Program-made: the position numbers and the translations under genes
Part shown: positions 9,680-19,474 of the stretch, piece by piece
How positions within the stretch are numbered: the stretch's first letter is position 1
Layout: every line of letters starts with the position of its first letter
Notes under the pieces: generated by a model
What the model saw: the letters and a program-made list of their open reading frames with translations, nothing else
Told to the model about the DNA's origin: nothing
Databases searched by the model: none
Source: an uncultured delta proteobacterium
GTDB taxonomy: Bacteria > Desulfobacterota > Binatia > UBA9968
Direction of reading: 5' to 3'
Assembly (NCBI GenBank): GCA_963840855.1
Contig: CAWJBB010000024.1
Location: 1-64,000, forward strand
DNA: 64,000 nt

Positions 9680-10426
9680 ATGAGACTGGAAAATCAAATA
9701 GCGATCGTCACTGGAGCCGGACGCAATATCGGAGAGGACGTCGCTAAGCTGTTCGTGCAAGAAGGCGCTAAAGTGGCGGTGGTGGATCTCGACCCGGGGC
9801 GCGGGAACCGCGTTGCCGCAGAAATTAACGCGCGGAATCCCGGCAAAGCCATTGCCGTCGTATGCGACGTGGCGTCGCCAGGTTCCGTCGATCAGATGGT
9901 GCAAACCGTCGTCAAAGCTTTCGGTGGCGTCGATATTCTGGTCAACAACGCTGCGTGGACCGACCACAAGACGCTATTCGATATCAGCGAAGAAGAGTGG
10001 GATCGGGTGATGAACGTTTGTCTGCGCAGTGTATGGTACTGCACCCGCGCCGCCGCCAAGGTCATGATCGAGCAGAAGCGCAAAGGAAAAATAATCAATA
10101 TAGCCTCCACCTCGGGTCATTGGGGCCGCAAGGAAGCTACCGCCTATACGACGGCTAAGGCCGGAGTGCTGAATTTTACCCGCTCCATCGCCGTCCAGTT
10201 GGCGCCGGAGGGGATTCGCGTGAATTCCATTTCGCCGAACCGAATCGGTTCGCCCGTGGGCCAGGAAGAGGTTCCGGAAAACCGCTTTGTGCGCAATCTG
10301 GCCGGACGCCGGGGCGTTCCAATGGACATCGCCAAGGCGGTGGTCTTCTTCGCCTGCGATGAATCGGATTTTATCTACGCGGTGGATTTGCCCGTGGACG
10401 GCGGCGCCCTGGCCGTGCGCGAATGA
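9680..10426 (+). CDS. Short-chain dehydrogenase/reductase (SDR)
   Basis: TGAGRNIG, DILVNNA, YTTAK, IRVNSISP; GGAGG RBS before ATG 9680. Confidence 0.93.
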   Translation: MRLENQIAIVTGAGRNIGEDVAKLFVQEGAKVAVVDLDPGRGNRVAAEINARNPGKAIAVVCDVASPGSVDQMVQTVVKAFGGVDILVNNAAWTDHKTLFDISEEEWDRVMNVCLRSVWYCTRAAAKVMIEQKRKGKIINIASTSGHWGRKEATAYTTAKAGVLNFTRSIAVQLAPEGIRVNSISPNRIGSPVGQEEVPENRFVRNLAGRRGVPMDIAKAVVFFACDESDFIYAVDLPVDGGALAVRE

Positions 10427-10611
10427 CGATCGCTGCCCGGTTGTCGATAGGAAAATCACGCGCATCTGTGCGCGCCCTTAAATTTCGCAAAACTTGATTC
10501 TATCTAAAGCCCGCCACTTGAGGCGGGAACAACATTATGGGGTTTCCGACGGGGGCGAGCATTCCCTTTAATCAAGGGCGGGGCCAAAACCCGCCCGCGA
10601 AGGGGCTTCGT

Positions 10612-11118
10612 TTATTGATGCGATCGATGAGGTCGATGGGCGGATGGTATTACCGCTTCTTGCCCCCCTGCGACGGCAGATTTTTCGATCTGGGAAACAA
10701 CCTGGTCGGCGGTTTTGTCCCATTCCAAGTTGCGTAACTGCGTGCGCACGCGGTTCAACAGGTCATTGTTATTGACGGGTTTGGTGACGAATTCGCTCAC
10801 GCCGAGGTCCATGGCCGCCGCCCTTGTCGCCATATCGTCGCGCGCCGTGAGCAAGATCACCGGCGTCAGCGGCGCGACCCTCTTCAATTCCTGGCAGAGT
10901 TGGAGCCCGTTCATCGCCGGCATCATGACGTCGGAAATGATTAGATCCACGGTCCGCCGCCCTACGATGTCAATACACTCGTGGCCGCTACCGGCGCCGA
11001 TGGCGTTGTAACCATGTTTCGAAAGCAGGAGCACGAGAAATTCAAGAACGCCTCTGTTATCATCCACTACCAGCAGCGTTGCCGGGTTACTCTCCACAGC
11101 CTGGACATCGTTTCCCAT
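10612..11118 (-). CDS. Stand-alone response regulator (receiver domain with short tail)
   Basis: LVVDD, IISDVMMP, LLTA, VTKP. Confidence 0.9.
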   Translation of the reverse strand: MGNDVQAVESNPATLLVVDDNRGVLEFLVLLLSKHGYNAIGAGSGHECIDIVGRRTVDLIISDVMMPAMNGLQLCQELKRVAPLTPVILLTARDDMATRAAAMDLGVSEFVTKPVNNNDLLNRVRTQLRNLEWDKTADQVVSQIEKSAVAGGQEAVIPSAHRPHRSHQ

Positions 11119-11149
11119 CTATTCGTTCTCCCGCGCCAAAATTGATTTC

Positions 11150-12199
11150 CTAAAGCTGTTTACCCCGCTCGCCCGTCGCTAGCAGGGTATCGAAAGTTTC
11201 TTGCCGGTCTTCTATATCGGCCGCGCACTCCTCTTTCGGGCGCCCTGACTGCTTGCGCAGTTTAGCAACTAACGTGGTCCGTTTCAGACCGAGAATCTTT
11301 GCCGCCGCGCTCTTGTTCCCTTTGGTGAGGCGTAGGGCTTCATCCATGAGGCGCAATTGCAGTTGATCGGTGGCCTCGCGTAGGTCTACCTGTTCTCCGC
11401 TTAGTGTAGGTTTGGGATTTTTTTTGTCCGACACGAAGGCGCGAATATTGACGGGCAGGTCCTGCCATTCCGCCGCGCCGTTTTCGCTTAAGATAACCAG
11501 GCGCTCGATCAGATTTTCCAGCTCGCGAATGTTCCCCGGCCAATCATACTCCCAAAGATAGATCATCGCTTCGCGGGAAATCGTCACGGAAAGTCCATGT
11601 CTTGAATTTGCTTTTTCGAGGAAGTGCTGGGTCAGAATCGGAATGTCGGAGCGTCGCCCTCTTAAGGGTGGAAGATGAATTGGGATAACCTGGAGCCGGA
11701 AAAAGAGGTCCTCGCGGAAGGAACCTTTTTCTACCTGGTGCGCCAATTCCTTATTGGTCGCGGTGATCACTCGTACATGTACCGCGACGCTATGATCCGT
11801 CCCAACGGGCCGGACTTCGCCGTCTTGCAAGACGCGTAACAGTTTGGCTTGCAGGGGCAGCGGCAATTCCCCGACCTCGTCGAGAAAAATCGTGCCGTGG
11901 TTCGCCAATTGAAACATTCCCAAGCGCGAGGCGTGCGCGCCGGTAAACGCGCCGCGGACATGGCCGAACAGTTCGCTTTCCAGGAGATTTTCCGGAATCG
12001 CCGCGCAGTTTACTGGGACGAAGGGGCGCGTCGCGCGCGGACTCGCCGAGTGAATAGCCCGCGCCACCAATTCTTTCCCCGTTCCGCTTTCGCCGGAGAT
12101 CAACACCGTTGCGTCGGTCGGCGCCACTCTCCTGGTTATTTCGTGCACTTTTTTGATCGACGGATGCTCGCCGATCATGTTGGTGGGCGCGATTGACAT
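11150..12199 (-). CDS. Sigma54-dependent Fis-family activator lacking an N-terminal sensory domain
   Basis: [51 protein letters not shown]; start uncertain (12199 or 12259). Confidence 0.92.
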   Translation of the reverse strand: MSIAPTNMIGEHPSIKKVHEITRRVAPTDATVLISGESGTGKELVARAIHSASPRATRPFVPVNCAAIPENLLESELFGHVRGAFTGAHASRLGMFQLANHGTIFLDEVGELPLPLQAKLLRVLQDGEVRPVGTDHSVAVHVRVITATNKELAHQVEKGSFREDLFFRLQVIPIHLPPLRGRRSDIPILTQHFLEKANSRHGLSVTISREAMIYLWEYDWPGNIRELENLIERLVILSENGAAEWQDLPVNIRAFVSDKKNPKPTLSGEQVDLREATDQLQLRLMDEALRLTKGNKSAAAKILGLKRTTLVAKLRKQSGRPKEECAADIEDRQETFDTLLATGERGKQL

Positions 12200-12780
12200 T
12201 TGTTTGTCTATTTCGAGGACTACTCGAAGTTTATCGCTGCTCCGGATGCTTGAAGGCAAAAATTACGCGCCATCGGTTGAGTGCGGTCATGACGGCGGTC
12301 GCGCATGAAAACAATAATTTCCGTTGACACGGGAGTATAAATGTATTTATCGGAAAATGTCAACAAATTTTACACTTGGAGCCAAAATACCAGAGGTCAC
12401 AGCCACCCACAAGCCATTGCAAGCCCGAAGGCTGCGGCACTGTGAACACGAGTTTTGGCACAATTTGCCGTCCACAAACAATGGATGAAAAAGAGTGATG
12501 ATTTGCCGCAGCGCGAAGAATAGTTCAATTCTTCCTAGACCGGAGTCGTCGATATTTTTCATCAATAAACCTGGAAAATTAACAGGTTCTGAAATAAAAC
12601 TTTATTTTGACTTCGACGAACAAAAAACTATCCGGTGCGGCCGGGGGCGCGAAGCGTGGTGCTATGCTACGGAAAATCGTTGCTTTGGAGCGGGAAAATA
12701 GCAGGGCGACAGCCGGGGAGCCACCTTGAGGACAGTGTCCACCCCCGGCCGTCTGCAGAGTGCCGTATGAATTATCCCTA

Positions 12781-13754
12781 CTATGCTTGCTGGACTGCGG
12801 TGAGCTTCCATGGGTTCGGACCAACGGGACGCGTGAAGGTCCAATATTCGTTGAATTCAATCGGTTCTGAATTGTTGCCGGAAATTACGGCGCCGCTCTT
12901 TGCATCGACTGTATAGTCGACAAGATTGGCGTGGAGGCGAACGGTAATATAGTCTTGACCGCTTTCCGTCCATACTTCGGTAATCTCGCTTTCCCGAAGG
13001 GCGATATTTTCCATTTTGTTCTGGTGACCGCGAGCCTGCAGGTCTTTCAGCTCCTGCTCCCATGTTTGCATCAACTCCGATCCGCATAGGGAACGCAGAG
13101 TGGTCGTATCCTGCTTGTTCCACGCGCCCTGGACTTTGAAAAAGATATCTTGAGCTGTTTTTAGAAACTGATTGGGATCAAAGCTTCGGTCCATCATCGT
13201 GAGGGACCGATAATCGACATCGTTGTACGGCAGCGCTTCTTGTATCGGAGCGCTTGACGGCGCATTGTAACCTAAATTGGCCGGCTCCTGATATTGAGTG
13301 CTTCGATACTCCATTGAACCGTGATTCGTCGCCGCAGCGGAGCTTCTAAACTTTCGGTAAAGGAAGTACCCCAGCCCCGCCAACAGCAGCATCTCGATCA
13401 TGCCAAAGCCGCTGCCGCCAAGGCCACCGAGTCCGCCTAAGCCGGCGCCAGCTAGACCGGAAAAAAGCATCGAGCCCACAAGTCCGCCAAGCATGGCCAT
13501 GCCGAATGTGCGCATGAAACCGCCAGCTTGCGGCGCAAAGGACAGGTTGTTGAGCTGGAGTTGCTTCTCTTCTCGGTTGGGACGGCTGAGCGGGTCTGCT
13601 GGGCGATTGATAACTTCTCGATCCGCGAAAGCCGCCCGAACGGCCTCCGCCTGCGCGCGCATCCGCGTAACTTTCGAGCCAAATCTGCGAGAGGCCAACA
13701 AGAACGAAAAGGCCCAAGGCGGCAAGCGGCTGTCTGGCGATTCAATAGTCTCAT
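12781..13754 (-). CDS. Tim44 domain-containing protein (two apparent frameshifts in the 5' part)
   Basis: AGGAGG RBS then ATG 13754 (MRLLNRQ). ADARAGGGRSGGFRGSRS lies in a second frame; the Gly-rich TM segment and Tim44 domain (FDPNQF, QGAW, EYWTFTR, WKLTAVQQ) lie in a third. Confidence 0.85.
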
Positions 13755-13933
13755 CGGATTTGTCCTCCTGTGCTCAAAGGCTAGAGGAATCCGGCCTGTT
13801 TTGCAAGGCGCTGCCATCATCGTTCAACTCAACGCGGGCCAAGGAAGTTATCCAAGGTCGGAAAGTCTGCCGGTTGGCAGATCAAGAAATTGACGCCGGC
13901 CCACCGTCTCGAAATGGGTTCGGATTTTCGAAC

Positions 13934-15886
13934 TTACAGCCGGTTTGTGTCCATCCGAGTGAGGACGGGCGCGCCTGCGGGTCTATGACTCCATTCCCAG
14001 AAAATAAACAGCACGCCGAGGGCAAGTCCCAGGGCGTCAACGATGAGCCATACTCCGCTCCAGGTAGGAAGGAGCAGCAGCAGGCAGGCAAGCCAGAGAA
14101 TTCCACGCTTGACCCAGCCCAAGGGTCGGAACAAATATCCCGCGCACCCAATGCCGAGAAAGATTACCCCGATCGATGCCGTGGCCACAGCGATGATGAT
14201 TTCCTCGCCTGTTCCCATGAGGATCAAGGCTGGATGGACGGCGAAGACGAAGGGGACGATGTATGCGGCAATGCCCAATCTCATGCCGGTCCAGCCGGTT
14301 TTCCAGAAATCCGAGTGCGCGATGGCAGCCGCCGTGTAAGTGGCGAGACAATCAGGCGGAGTAATCAGGGAAAGCATGCCAAAGTAAAAAAGGAAGAGGT
14401 GGGCCGCGAGGGGAACAATACCGAGCTGAGTGAGAGCGGGCCCGACCAACACCGCCAAAGTGATGTACACGACCGTGGTGGGCAGAGACATGCCGAGCAG
14501 GATGCAGACAACCGCTGTGAGAGCCAGGAGAAACAAAACGTTCCCGCCGGTGACCGTCACCAGGAGGAGCGAGAGCTTAAAAGTAAGCCCTGAAAGTTGC
14601 AGCGAGCCGATGACGAGGCCGGCCAGCGCCGTAACAACGATTATGTCTAGGAGAGTCTGACCGGTTTCCTCGATGCTGGTGAGGATTGCGCGAAACGTCG
14701 GCCGCGTCTCTTTCTGGAGCGCGCCGACCACAAAGGTCGCAATGACGGCCACCATGCCGGCTTTGCCCGCTTCCCAGTTGGCGATCATTAGAGTGTAAAT
14801 CAAGAGCGAAAGTGGAATTACAAAAACCCAACCGCGCCGCATCGTCGTCTGGAATTTCGGAATCTGCTCGCTGGGTAGCCCGACCAGGCCATGCTTCGCC
14901 GCCTCCAGGTCCACCTGGGTGAACAGGGCCAGATAATATAGGAAAGCGGGAATCGCCGCCGCGAGTGCCACCTGGCCGTAAGAGATATTGAGAAATTCGG
15001 CGATGAGAAAAGCAGCCGCGCCCATCACTGGGGGCGTGATCTGCCCGCCGTTTGACGCCACCGCCTCGATGGCCGCCGCTACATGAGATGGGTAGCCGGT
15101 GCGTTTCATCATCGGGATGGTAATGGCGCCGTCCACTGCCACGTTGGCGACCGCGCTTCCCGAGACGGTGCCAAAGAGGGAGGAGGATACTATGGAGACC
15201 TTGGCGGCGCCGCCGCGATAGCGCCCCATAGCCTTCAGGGCCACATCGGTCAAGAACTTGTCTCCTCCCACCGCATAAAGCGCCCGCCCAAAGAAGATGA
15301 ACGCTACGATGATGCTTGCGGCCACGTTCAAAGGGAGGCCAAGGATTCCGCTGGCGTCGAGGTAGAGGTAGGTGGCGATGCGCTCCCACGAAGAACCTTT
15401 CGCAAAAAGAAGGCCGGGAAACAGATACGCAAACTTAGCGTAGAGAATACATGGCACGGCGCACCACACTAGACCCCAGCCGGCGATGCGGCGCGTGGCT
15501 TCGAGGATTAAAAGGATAGCCAGTCCGCCTAAAATCCATCGTTCCGGAGTTAGGACGCCGAGCCGGTAAGCGATAGTGGGATACATGACGGTGACATAGA
15601 GGCCGATAAAAAAACCGCCTGCCGCAAGGAGCCAGTCATACCAAGGGATCCTATCGCCGCGCTCCTTTGGATGCGCTCTCATGCCGAGGAAGATGCTCCC
15701 AAGCCCGAGGGCCAAGAAGAGACCGAGGTATTGTTCTTTGAAAAAAGCAAAGGCAAGGCTGTGATGAATCTCCAAGGCCCACAGGGACCCCAGGAGCGTG
15801 AGAGCGTAGAGAAGTCCCCTCAGGAGCACCCCGGATAGGCCGCCAAGCGTTCTGAACTTGGGCGTGATGATATAGTCGTCGCTCAT
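13934..15886 (-). CDS. TRAP transporter fused 4TM/12TM permease (TAXI-type)
   Basis: GTVSGSAVAN, AAAIEAVASNGGQITPPVMGAAAF, LGMSLPTT, AAHLFLFYFG, LITPP. Confidence 0.95.
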   Translation of the reverse strand: MSDDYIITPKFRTLGGLSGVLLRGLLYALTLLGSLWALEIHHSLAFAFFKEQYLGLFLALGLGSIFLGMRAHPKERGDRIPWYDWLLAAGGFFIGLYVTVMYPTIAYRLGVLTPERWILGGLAILLILEATRRIAGWGLVWCAVPCILYAKFAYLFPGLLFAKGSSWERIATYLYLDASGILGLPLNVAASIIVAFIFFGRALYAVGGDKFLTDVALKAMGRYRGGAAKVSIVSSSLFGTVSGSAVANVAVDGAITIPMMKRTGYPSHVAAAIEAVASNGGQITPPVMGAAAFLIAEFLNISYGQVALAAAIPAFLYYLALFTQVDLEAAKHGLVGLPSEQIPKFQTTMRRGWVFVIPLSLLIYTLMIANWEAGKAGMVAVIATFVVGALQKETRPTFRAILTSIEETGQTLLDIIVVTALAGLVIGSLQLSGLTFKLSLLLVTVTGGNVLFLLALTAVVCILLGMSLPTTVVYITLAVLVGPALTQLGIVPLAAHLFLFYFGMLSLITPPDCLATYTAAAIAHSDFWKTGWTGMRLGIAAYIVPFVFAVHPALILMGTGEEIIIAVATASIGVIFLGIGCAGYLFRPLGWVKRGILWLACLLLLLPTWSGVWLIVDALGLALGVLFIFWEWSHRPAGAPVLTRMDTNRL

Positions 15887-16001
15887 GTTTTTATTCGTTC
15901 AAAACGTTCAAGTGGTTCAAATCGTTTTTGCTAAGTCAGATCATATTTCTAAGCACGCGCCTCGCATTACCTCGGGACTCAAGACCCGAAACTGTTTACC
16001 G

Positions 16002-17027
16002 TTACGGATTCAATGCGAGAAGTTTTTTTTGCGCGTCATCCATTTCTTTTTTCCAAATTCCCTTTTCCTGGTAAAATTTGATCGCCGCTGGATGATAAGG
16101 CATTGTCACGTCGGCGCCGGCGGCGCGATCGCGCGTCCATTCTTTGAAGCCCGGGTGCATTGGCGGGAGTTTGTCAGCGTTGTCCCAGATCGACTTCAAA
16201 ATGGCGGTCACCAACTGATCGGATGCCGCTTTGTGGGTGGCAAAGTAGATGTCGTAAGCGACCGTGCAGGTGTCTTCGACCACGGCGGCGGCCCCGCCGG
16301 ACTTGATGATTCTAGTATAGTAGCCAGGCACAGCCTGACGAACCCGCTTATCGCCTGCCGGCGAGCAGTCCAGCGAAAGGTGGCGCACCCCGATGGACGA
16401 ATCGGCTTCTCTGATCTTGGCCATGTTGAGCGCGCCGGCGGTAACTTCAGCGCGCCCTTGAACGAGCGCGTCGATGCCGTCATTGACCGCGGGTACGGGA
16501 ACGACAGTGACATCTTTCCAGGTGAGCCCAGCGCTCGCCAGCATGCCGAACATGTTAAACCAGACCGCCTGATGAGCTGGGTACTCGCCGGTTACCCGCT
16601 TCCCCTTGACGTCATGCACGGATTTCAAGGGGGAGTCCTTTTTTACCAGCAGACCGATGATCAACGGAGCGCCGCGCATTACCAGCCGGGTATTGGGTGA
16701 GTGTGGAAAATCGTTTTTTCCGGCGACCCTGAGCCTCTGGGGTCCCTGGTACGCCATCCCCATGTCCACGCCGTTTACGATGCCGAAGTCAAGTTCTCCG
16801 CTATCAAGAAGAGGGAGAAAGGTGCTGGTGCCGGTGTACGGCTGGACCGATGCCTGAACCGGCCCCGACTCGCTGGCGATCTTGGCAAGCCCGCTCGCCA
16901 GGGCGTAGAAAACCGTTCCCGGCGTGTTCGTCCCGATGACAGCCGACTTGGGCAACTGCGCCCATGTGGTCTGTATCAGGAAAGTCGTCAGCGAAAAAAT
17001 TATTCCTGCAACGGTTTTTAGCAACAT
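16002..17027 (-). CDS. TAXI family TRAP solute-binding subunit (permease-proximal copy)
   Basis: IGTNTPGTVFY, QPYTGTSTF, DVKGKRV, MPYHPAA; AAGGAGG RBS. Confidence 0.92.
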   Translation of the reverse strand: MLLKTVAGIIFSLTTFLIQTTWAQLPKSAVIGTNTPGTVFYALASGLAKIASESGPVQASVQPYTGTSTFLPLLDSGELDFGIVNGVDMGMAYQGPQRLRVAGKNDFPHSPNTRLVMRGAPLIIGLLVKKDSPLKSVHDVKGKRVTGEYPAHQAVWFNMFGMLASAGLTWKDVTVVPVPAVNDGIDALVQGRAEVTAGALNMAKIREADSSIGVRHLSLDCSPAGDKRVRQAVPGYYTRIIKSGGAAAVVEDTCTVAYDIYFATHKAASDQLVTAILKSIWDNADKLPPMHPGFKEWTRDRAAGADVTMPYHPAAIKFYQEKGIWKKEMDDAQKKLLALNP

Positions 17028-17048
17028 CAATTCCTCCTTGATTTGATA

Positions 17049-18095
17049 CTACGGGTTCAGAGCGAGCAATTTCTTCTGCGCTTCATCCATCTTGGCTGAC
17101 CAGAGCTTTTGCTCTTTATAAAACTCGATCGCCGCAGGGTGGTAGGGCATGGTTACATCAGGGGCAACCGCACGGTCCCGCGTCCACTCCTTGAAGATGG
17201 GGTGAACCGGGACAAGCTTCTCCAAATTGTCCCAGATCGCTTTGAGGGAGCCGCTGACAACTTGATCCACGGCCGCTTTGTGAGTCGAGAGATAAATATC
17301 ATAGGCGAGCACACAAGTATCCTCGATTATGGCCGCGGCGGTCCCAGCTTTCATAAGCCGCATGTAATATCCGGGAACGGCCCGGCCCAGGCGCTGCTCA
17401 CCCTGGGGCGAACAATCGCTGGAGAGGTGGCGCACCCCAACGGAGGTATCCGCCTCTCGGATCTTGGCAGAGTTGACAGCGTGCATAGTCACATCGGCCC
17501 GTCCCTGCACTAGAGCGTCTACGCCCTCGTTGGCGGCCGGCACTGGAACTACCTTAACATCGGACCAGGTCAGCCCGGCGCTGGCCAAATGGCCGAAGAG
17601 GTTATACCACACGGCGAGCTGAGCCGGATATTCTCCGGTGACCCGTTTGCCTTTGATGTCATGCACCGATTTGAGCGGCGAATCCTTGCGCACCAGGAGG
17701 CCTACCAACAGGGGCGCGCCGCGCATCACCAGGCGCGCGTTAGGCGTATGAGCAAATGGATTGCGGCCGCCGATTTTCAGCCGTTCCGGACCCTGATACG
17801 AGAGCGCCATGTCTACAGCGTTGTTGACGCCGAAGTCTATTTCTCCGTTGTTCAAAAGCGGCAGGAACGTGCTGGTGCCGGTGTACGGCTGAACAGTCAT
17901 TTGGAAGGATGTGCTTTCGCTGACGGCTTTGGAAAAGGCGCTCGCGACCGCATAGAAGACGGTACCCGCGGGGTTGGAGGCGATCGTCACAGCGCGGGTA
18001 GCTTGCTGCGCCAGTGCCGCGGCGCCACCGGTTAGAAGCATCATCACGACGTTCATTGCCAGAATGAGATTGCCTGTCGGTCTTCGCTTATGCAT
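17049..18095 (-). CDS. TAXI family TRAP solute-binding subunit
   Basis: ASNPAGTVFY, QPYTGTSTF, MPYHPAA; AAGGAG RBS before ATG 18095. Confidence 0.92.
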   Translation of the reverse strand: MHKRRPTGNLILAMNVVMMLLTGGAAALAQQATRAVTIASNPAGTVFYAVASAFSKAVSESTSFQMTVQPYTGTSTFLPLLNNGEIDFGVNNAVDMALSYQGPERLKIGGRNPFAHTPNARLVMRGAPLLVGLLVRKDSPLKSVHDIKGKRVTGEYPAQLAVWYNLFGHLASAGLTWSDVKVVPVPAANEGVDALVQGRADVTMHAVNSAKIREADTSVGVRHLSSDCSPQGEQRLGRAVPGYYMRLMKAGTAAAIIEDTCVLAYDIYLSTHKAAVDQVVSGSLKAIWDNLEKLVPVHPIFKEWTRDRAVAPDVTMPYHPAAIEFYKEQKLWSAKMDEAQKKLLALNP

Positions 18096-18156
18096 CGGTG
18101 AGCTCCTTATTCCCCATTTTTGTTCTCGAGCTTGAATCAACCCGGGACCCGGGATC

Positions 18157-18243
18157 GTCACTCTCGCCCTTCGACAAGGCTCAGGACAAGCTCCAGCGGG
18201 AGTCCAGACGTGGGTTACTGGATTCCGTTTGCACGGGAATGAC
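18157..18243. repeat. REP-like palindromic element (GTCA...GGAATGAC type) with nested CTTCGACAAGGCTCAG unit
   Basis: GTCACTCTCG...GGGAGTCCAG pairs with CTGGATTCC...CGGGAATGAC; related sequence at ~40698, 42035-42130 and ~62000. Confidence 0.6.
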
Positions 18244-18335
18244 GTGCGAAAGATGCAGCCATGCTCATCTCCACTCTCGCAGTGGGCTTTATAGCCAACA
18301 GATTTCTACCCCCCTTGCTTTGCAGGCCTAGCGCG

Positions 18336-19381
18336 TCAATTCAACGCTAGCAGTTTCTTTTGCACCTCGTCCATTTTCGTCGACCAGACTCCTTTTTCTC
18401 GATAGAACTGCTGCGCCGCCGGATGATAGGGAATTGTTACATCAGCCGAGGCCGACCGCTCCCGCGTCCAGTCGTTGAATTGCGGGTGCAAGGGAGGAAG
18501 CTTGGCGATATTGTCCCAAAGCGCTTTGAGCGTCGCCTGAACGACGTCGGCGGAAAGCGCTTTGTGACCGACGAAGTAAATGTCATAGGTGACTGCACAC
18601 AAGTGTCGCCGACGATGCCAGTAGAAAATCCGGATTTAAGCTATCGTCAGATAGTAACCGGGAACAGCTTTTCATACGCGCTCTTGACCCTGGGCGAACA
18701 GTCCAGCGAAACGTAGCGCACGCCGACGGTGGCATCCGCTTCTTTAACTTTTGCTGAGCCCACCGCGTGGTTGCCCACATCCGCACGGCCCTGAACCAGC
18801 GCGTCGATGCCGTCATTGACGGCGGGGACCGGCACGACTTTAACGTCGTCCCAAGTCAATCCTCCGCTGGCCGAGGCTGCCGAAGACGCTGTACCAGACC
18901 GCCAGATGGGGCCGGATACTCTCCGGTCACGCGCTTGCCTTTGACGTCGTAGACGGTCTTGATGGTCGACTCCTTTTTGGATACCAGGCTGGCCATCAAC
19001 GGTGATCCGCGCATCAGCAGGCGCGTGTTTGGGACATGGGGAAAAGGATTTCGGCCGCCGGCTTTCAATCGCTGACGGACCTTGATACGCGAGGCTCATG
19101 TCGACGGCGTTGACGACGCCAAAATCGATCTCCCCATTATCGAGAAGGGGCAAGAAGGTGCTCGTGCCGGTATAGGGTTGGACCACCGACTGCATGGCGC
19201 CGGCGCCGCTGATCGCTTTGGCGAGACCGCTCGCCACCGAGTAAAAAACGGTGCCGGCCGGATTGGTCCCCATCGTCGTAGAGCTGGGGAGTTTTTGCGC
19301 TGCAGCAGGACCAATACAGACGAAAACTATCACCACAGTGGCAGCAGTCCGCACAACGCTTCTACTTAGTCCCGTGCGCAT
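18336..19381 (-). CDS. TAXI family TRAP solute-binding subunit, several apparent frameshifts
   Basis: Full-length TAXI sequence is spread over ORFs 18647-19381, 18856-19068 and 18336-18602, and is colinear with the 19475-20518 paralog. Confidence 0.85.
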
Positions 19382-19474
19382 AACTCCTCCGTCGCTGTAT
19401 CGCAGTCCCAGGTCTAGCGTCCAGGGTCCCGCGTTAACCCCAGACTCAAGACACGAGACACCAAACCGTGTCCC

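Noticed and set aside
10505-10612. Cluster of hairpins as a riboswitch or sRNA
   Set aside because: It lies between convergent 3' ends, matches no aptamer consensus I recognise, and is explained by termination hairpins.
12455-12468. TGGCACAATTTGCC as a sigma54 promoter
   Set aside because: The GG-to-GC spacing is 8 nt; the sigma54 consensus requires 10.
13400-14593. 397-aa plus-strand ORF
   Set aside because: Antisense shadow of the Tim44 and TRAP permease genes; no motifs.
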